A DNA stretch of 39,347 nucleotides from the NCBI RefSeq assembly GCF_001194135.2, contig NC_068987.1, positions 103,109,187 through 103,148,533 of the forward strand, written 5' to 3'. Numbering within the stretch: position 1 is the stretch's first letter; each line of letters opens with the position of its first letter. Shown here piece after piece: positions 34,680 to 39,347 of this stretch. This stretch comes from Octopus bimaculoides. Lineage: Eukaryota. Both the position numbers and the translations under genes were made by a program. The notes beneath the pieces are model-generated. The model was not told the DNA's origin, did no database searches, and saw only the letters and a program-made list of their open reading frames with translations.

Positions 34680-34702
34680 GTGGTGGTGGTGGTGGAGATG
34701 CT

Positions 34703-34745
<43 letters not shown>

Positions 34746-34930
34746 ATGTGATGATGATGATGATGATGATGATGACGACGATTATTATGAAGATGATGAT
34801 GTGATGATGATGATGATGATGATGATGATGACAATGATGATGACGATGATGATGACAACGTCGATGACGACGACATCGACGACCACGACGTCGACGACCA
34901 CGACGACGTCGACGACGACGAGACGACGAA
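34680..34930. repeat. Compound trinucleotide repeats (GGT)(GCT)(GAT)(GAC)
   Basis: Read directly. Confidence 0.95.
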
Positions 34931-35402
34931 GATAGTTAAGCTTTTGGTTAATTGTAATGAAGTGTCGAATATAAACATGAGTAGCAACGGAAAACAAGAA
35001 CCAAAAACAATTTCAATAATATGATCGTTAATTAACTGCAACACTCCCTTGTGTCTTAAGGGGATTGTTTTGTTAGGAGAAGGAAGTTCTATATTTCTAA
35101 AACAAACAACACATGATAAACAATTCATATATTTTCCGTTAACGTATGAAATATAGAGAAGATGTTAGCTTTCATACTCGGGTGCATGAGGAAGGGATGG
35201 TGCAAATGGGATTGGATGAAGAGAAATTTCAAAGATAAGATTTGGCCAAACAAATCAAAGCCTTTCTTTCTTTCTTTTTTTCTTTCATCAATCTTTCTTT
35301 TCTGTATTTGTATTTTTGCGTTTTTTTGTTGTTCTTTTTTTTGTGCTATTATCTATTCTTCGTTTTATCTTCCGTCATTAGAATGATGATCACCATTATC
35401 AT

Positions 35403-35541
35403 CTTATTCTTTGTAAGCTTAGTACTTATTGTATCGTTCCCGTTTGCCGAACCGCTAAGTTACGGGTACGTAAACACACCAGCATCGGTTGTCAAGCGAT
35501 GTTGAGGGGACAAACACAGACACACAAACACACAAACACAC
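35403..35541 (-). mobile_element. SINE family A, 3' half of a split copy
   Basis: CTTATTCTTTGTAAGCTTAGTACTTATT..GTTGTCAAGCGATG..GGACAAACACAGACACACAAAC. Confidence 0.85.
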
Positions 35542-36242
35542 AAATCTGGTAATTAATCATATATTAATTAATATCGATTAATTATCAGGAGGCCAGCACA
35601 TCTAAAGAAGAGATTCACAAATAGTATCTGCAATCTCAGGGGATTAAGGTACATTTTAAAAAAATAACGTTGACCACTAACGTGGACAATTAATGTGCTA
35701 GAAATAGATCACATCTTGCGTCTATTAAGACCTAAATTGTTCTCAACATCGAATATAGCAGCATACCAAAACGTGAGCGGGCAAGACATTTAAAATCACA
35801 TAAAAAAGCATTCTTAAACAGGTACCGGTTTCGGATTTAACAATCTTACCGATTGTCCATTCCTCTTCAGCCTGATTTGTAATGTAACCGCAATCATCAG
35901 AATCGTATACAGTGTTGCCCACCGCCATGGGTGCGCGTGTATATGGTTCTGCTAATTACAGCTTAATGGTAAAATTCAAAAGTCTTCTTTTTGGCGCGCT
36001 AATTCCAGGAATATATCTGCAGAAAAATATTTACTGCGTCGTATATATTCAGTATGAGAAAATGGGTAATGAGTAAAATATTATTATAAAATCTGGTAAT
36101 TAATCATATATTAATTAATATCGATTAATTATCAGGAGGCCAGCACATCTAAAGAATCAAAGCGATTCACAAATAGTATCTGCAATCTCAGGGGATTAAG
36201 GTACATTTTAAAAAGATAACGTTGACCACTAACGTGGACAAT
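35542..36242 (-). mobile_element. Hammerhead-containing non-autonomous element with terminal direct repeats (retrozyme-like or PLE-like)
   Basis: Direct repeats at 35542-35690 and 36089-36242 differ only by a 5-bp indel and 2 substitutions. Period is 547 bp. There is an internal HHR and no recognisable coding capacity. Confidence 0.8.
35819..35874 (-). ncRNA. Minimal type-I hammerhead ribozyme
   Basis: Minus strand: CAGG-CUGAAGA-GGAAUGGACAAUC(GGUAA)GAUUGUUAAAUCC-GAAA-C-CG-GUA-CCUG. All core nucleotides are present, stem I is CAGG/CCUG, stem II pairs at 11 of 13 positions, and helix III is the palindromic ACCGGU. Confidence 0.9.
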
Positions 36243-36371
36243 ACGACGGGCTTCTTTCAGTTTCCGTCTACCAAATCCATTCACAAGGCTTTGGTCAGCC
36301 CGGGGCTATAATAGAAGACACTTGCCCAAAGTGCCACGCAGTGAGACTGAACCCGCAACCATGTGGTTGGT
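36243..36371 (-). mobile_element. SINE family A, 5' half of a split copy
   Basis: ACGACGGGCTTCTTTCAGTTTCCGTCTACC..GACACTTGCCCAAAGTGCCACGCAGTGAGACTGAACCC; continues the 35403-35541 half. Confidence 0.88.
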
Positions 36372-36809
36372 ATTGAAATGTGCTAGATATTAACATTTTT
36401 ATTCACCCTTCTTTATCTGAAAATTAAATCGATTTAATAAATAAATTGAACATTCCCTAAAGTTTGTCAGATTATATTCCGTAGGAGTAGGTTTCATCTT
36501 TCACAACTTGTTTCCTCTGGCGTAAGTAAGTACGAGGTTTCTTTTATTTTATGATATTTGGAATTCCCTGTTATATGAGCGCAGGGCCTAGATGCCTTAC
36601 CTTATATAAGTTGCCTAATTTACGGGAAGTACATATACATTTGTCCGCTATTCCTTTTTTTTTTTCTTTTTCTACTTTATCACCAAGAATTATGGAACTT
36701 TTAATTTCCTTTTATTCCTTCACGATGTTTGTGGCCAAAAGTCACGCACCAAAACATGTAACATTTTATTTATAATTAGTTTTAATTATTATTATTGTCA
36801 CTATCATTA

Positions 36810-36965
36810 CTAAGGCTTGAGCTGGCAAAATCGTTAGCACGCCGGGGAAAATGCTTTCCTTTCAGGTTCGATAAAATGAGTACCAGTATTACACTGGGCC
36901 GATGTAATCGACTTACACCCTCCCCGAACTTTCTGGCCTTGTGCCAAATTATGAAATTATTATTA
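36810..36965 (+). mobile_element. SINE family B with an internal deletion removing the B-box
   Basis: GAGCTGGCAAAATCGTTAGCACGCCGGGGAAAATGCT joined directly to TTCCTTTCAGGTTCGATAAAATGAGTACCAG. Confidence 0.8.
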
Positions 36966-37430
36966 GGCAGTTTTTTGATCGTGTAGAAATATATGTGTAT
37001 TCATTGCCATTTTTACTTAGTTCATTCAATTAGAGAAAAATTGAAGTATGTCTTTGACAATTCCGGATCGTATTGAACATGCATGTCTTTGGGCCACCAT
37101 GTATTTCCTGGTCGTTTTTTTTTAATGTATTGTGTCTTGCAAAAACTTTCAAACGTGAAAGATGATAATTAGTTTTTCGTATACTCAAATACAACATACT
37201 GCCTTTTCGTCTTATTTTTAGGTATGGTGTACTCTTGTCTGCAGAAGTCAATGACTCCATTTCTTGAGATTCTAAAGTGAGAAGCGAGAGGAAATTTTGT
37301 TACTATTTCTAGCACGCCGAACGGGAAACCTCATTGCTGAACTCGTCCTTTCTATTGTGTTTATTCCAAAGGCATTGTTTTATTACTCGTGTTTTGTACG
37401 CTGGATGCTGCTACATGTTAGCAGAGTTGG

Positions 37431-37433
<3 letters not shown>

Positions 37434-37498
<65 letters not shown>

Positions 37499-37511
37499 TG
37501 ATAGATAGATA
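37434..37511. repeat. (GATA)n
   Basis: Read directly. Confidence 0.97.
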
Positions 37512-37512
37512 T

Positions 37513-37589
37513 CTTTTTATTATAGCCACACAGGGCTAAATACAGAAAATGGACAAAATACAATGTAGAGCTTTTCTTTGGGGTGGGAA
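37513..37589 (-). mobile_element. Tx1-like LINE 3' terminus running into an N-gap
   Basis: TTTTTATTATAGCCACACAGGGCT..GGACAAAATACAATGTAGAGCTTTTCTTT, close to 15750-15812. Confidence 0.75.
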
Positions 37590-38054
37590 NNNNNNNNNNN
37601 NNNNNNNNNNNNNNNNNNNNNNNNNNNNNNNNNNNNNNNNNNNNNNNNNNNNNNNNNNNNNNNNNNNNNNNNNNNNNNNNNNNNNNNNNNNNNNNNNNNN
37701 NNNNNNNNNNNNNNNNNNNNNNNNNNNNNNNNNNNNNNNNNNNNNNNNNNNNNNNNNNNNNNNNNNNNNNNNNNNNNNNNNNNNNNNNNNNNNNNNNNNN
37801 NNNNNNNNNNNNNNNNNNNNNNNNNNNNNNNNNNNNNNNNNNNNNNNNNNNNNNNNNNNNNNNNNNNNNNNNNNNNNNNNNNNNNNNNNNNNNNNNNNNN
37901 NNNNNNNNNNNNNNNNNNNNNNNNNNNNNNNNNNNNNNNNNNNNNNNNNNNNNNNNNNNNNNNNNNNNNNNNNNNNNNNNNNNNNNNNNNNNNNNNNNNN
38001 NNNNNNNNNNNNNNNNNNNNNNNNNNNNNNNNNNNNNNNNNNNNNNNNNNNNCG

Positions 38055-38056
38055 GA

Positions 38057-38100
<44 letters not shown>

Positions 38101-38102
38101 AA
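38055..38102. repeat. (GAAA)n
   Basis: Read directly. Confidence 0.95.
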
Positions 38103-39183
38103 ACTTGAATGGACAGTATCGCTTCTTAGCTTTTGGTTCTTTTTTTTTCTCGTTTCGTATTAAAATTAGAGTAGATTTTCGGTTTCTTTTTCTCTTCTTT
38201 TTTTTTTTTTAATTCAAATTTCACACTTCAGCGAAAAGAAATTTGCCTATCCTCAAAGATATCAAAGGGGTATTCAGTACATTAAGCACCCTGAGGGCTC
38301 GATTGCTGTTGTTATTAAGTGGTGGTGATTAAGATTTGGTAGAATACGTAAATAAGAGCGGAGATTATTTTCGCTATAAGCAGTGATGGGCAAGGGTGGG
38401 GTAGAAAGTTGCATTCGATGAAAATAGTTTAATTGACTAAACTGAGAAAACGAAACAAAAGATATCGTAAGCGATGGAATTCTAGAGAAGTGAAGGAGAG
38501 ATGAAAGAAATATACGCATACACTCACAGAAGGAAACGTGTGTGGTGTTTGTTTGTGTATTTATATCAATATAAAAGATATATAACAGCTTTTGCTTTCG
38601 TATTTGTACACCTTGGCAATATTGCCCTCCCAAGATATAAATCTGTTCTGCTTATATTTGTGATAATATTCAAGTATGGTTTATGAATCGGACTGATATT
38701 GTGAATAAGTTTTGTTTCATATTGAGCCTTCTAATGGAATGTTTGCGTGCGTATGCGTGCGCACGCGCGCGTGTGTGTGTGTGTGCGTGCGTCTATGTGC
38801 GCACACACACATAGACTGTCATCTTTTTGTTCCCAACTTTGACCCTCCATAAATCCTAAATTTTTATTTTAGAATTTATGGGACCAACTGTCTTTGAAAA
38901 CTCATATTGTCGTTGAATGCTCGAAATGAGGAGTAGTTAGGCAGCCGACAACTGATGAAGGGTCCTTTCTCCGTGTTAACTTGTCTTGTTTTCCACTTTT
39001 TTTCTCGTTGTTTACCTATTTCACTCGGTTTTCCCTCGTTTATTTACGTATTTTATGTTATGTGCACCGTTGGTGAGGTCCTGACCTAGATCCAAGGCTT
39101 CTTCTTTGGAATTTCAACATCAACAACAGGGTATTTTTATATGTACGTATGTTATGTATGTATGTATGCATCTATCTATCTAC

Positions 39184-39257
<74 letters not shown>

Positions 39258-39347
39258 GTATATGTGTGTGTGTGTGTGTGTTTATGTATGTATATATATA
39301 TATATGTATGTATATGTATATATATATATTTATATATATATATTGAT

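Larger units (their letters stand above)
13871..38052. other. Assembly gaps (N runs) at 13871-14418, 15014-15053, 15842-16045, 16429-17329, 21919-22068, 22645-23178, 26068-26077, 26879-27178, 30486-30823, 31857-32432, 34589-34679 and 37590-38052
   Basis: Read directly. Most are flanked by microsatellites or young repeats. Confidence 0.97.

Noticed and set aside
35743-35928. 61-aa ORF overlapping the hammerhead
   Set aside because: Short, with no recognisable motif; the sequence is explained by the RNA structure.
35547-36240. Classical LTR element or TRIM, because the repeats contain TG...CA
   Set aside because: The shared sequence extends beyond TG/CA (AAATC on the left, AT on the right), and I see no 4-6 bp TSD, clear PBS or polypurine tract. 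The internal HHR fits a PLE/retrozyme-type element better. Not fully excluded.
13809-38212. Long ORFs (up to 468 aa) in the supplied track
   Set aside because: They are made of X from N-gaps plus dinucleotide-repeat translations (YIYI, VCVC, THTH); not coding evidence.

Overview
AT-rich eukaryotic repeat landscape from a gapped short-read assembly (13 N-runs), most likely Octopus or a related coleoid cephalopod (inferred from the SINE families and microsatellite load). I can support no host protein-coding gene, tRNA or rRNA gene. Almost all listed ORFs are translations of microsatellites, N-gaps or SINEs. The window holds four tRNA-derived SINE families (local labels A-D), decayed R4/Dong-like and L1/Tx1-like LINE fragments, a Chapaev3 deletion derivative, a maT (DD37D) element, DD34D mariner remnants, Penelope-like terminal repeats, fold-back elements and many microsatellites. 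The best find is at 35542-36242: a ~700-bp element made of ~1.3 copies of a 547-bp unit (149/154-bp direct repeats). It carries a fully canonical minimal type-I hammerhead ribozyme on the minus strand (35819-35874) and splits a SINE at that SINE's internal microsatellite. This architecture fits a retrozyme-like or non-autonomous Penelope-like element, possibly with a circular RNA intermediate. Other points of interest are more hammerhead-like motifs, a ~450-bp SINE fold-back, two R4/Dong-like 3' ends fused at a microhomology, and a telomere-type repeat inserted in a mariner.
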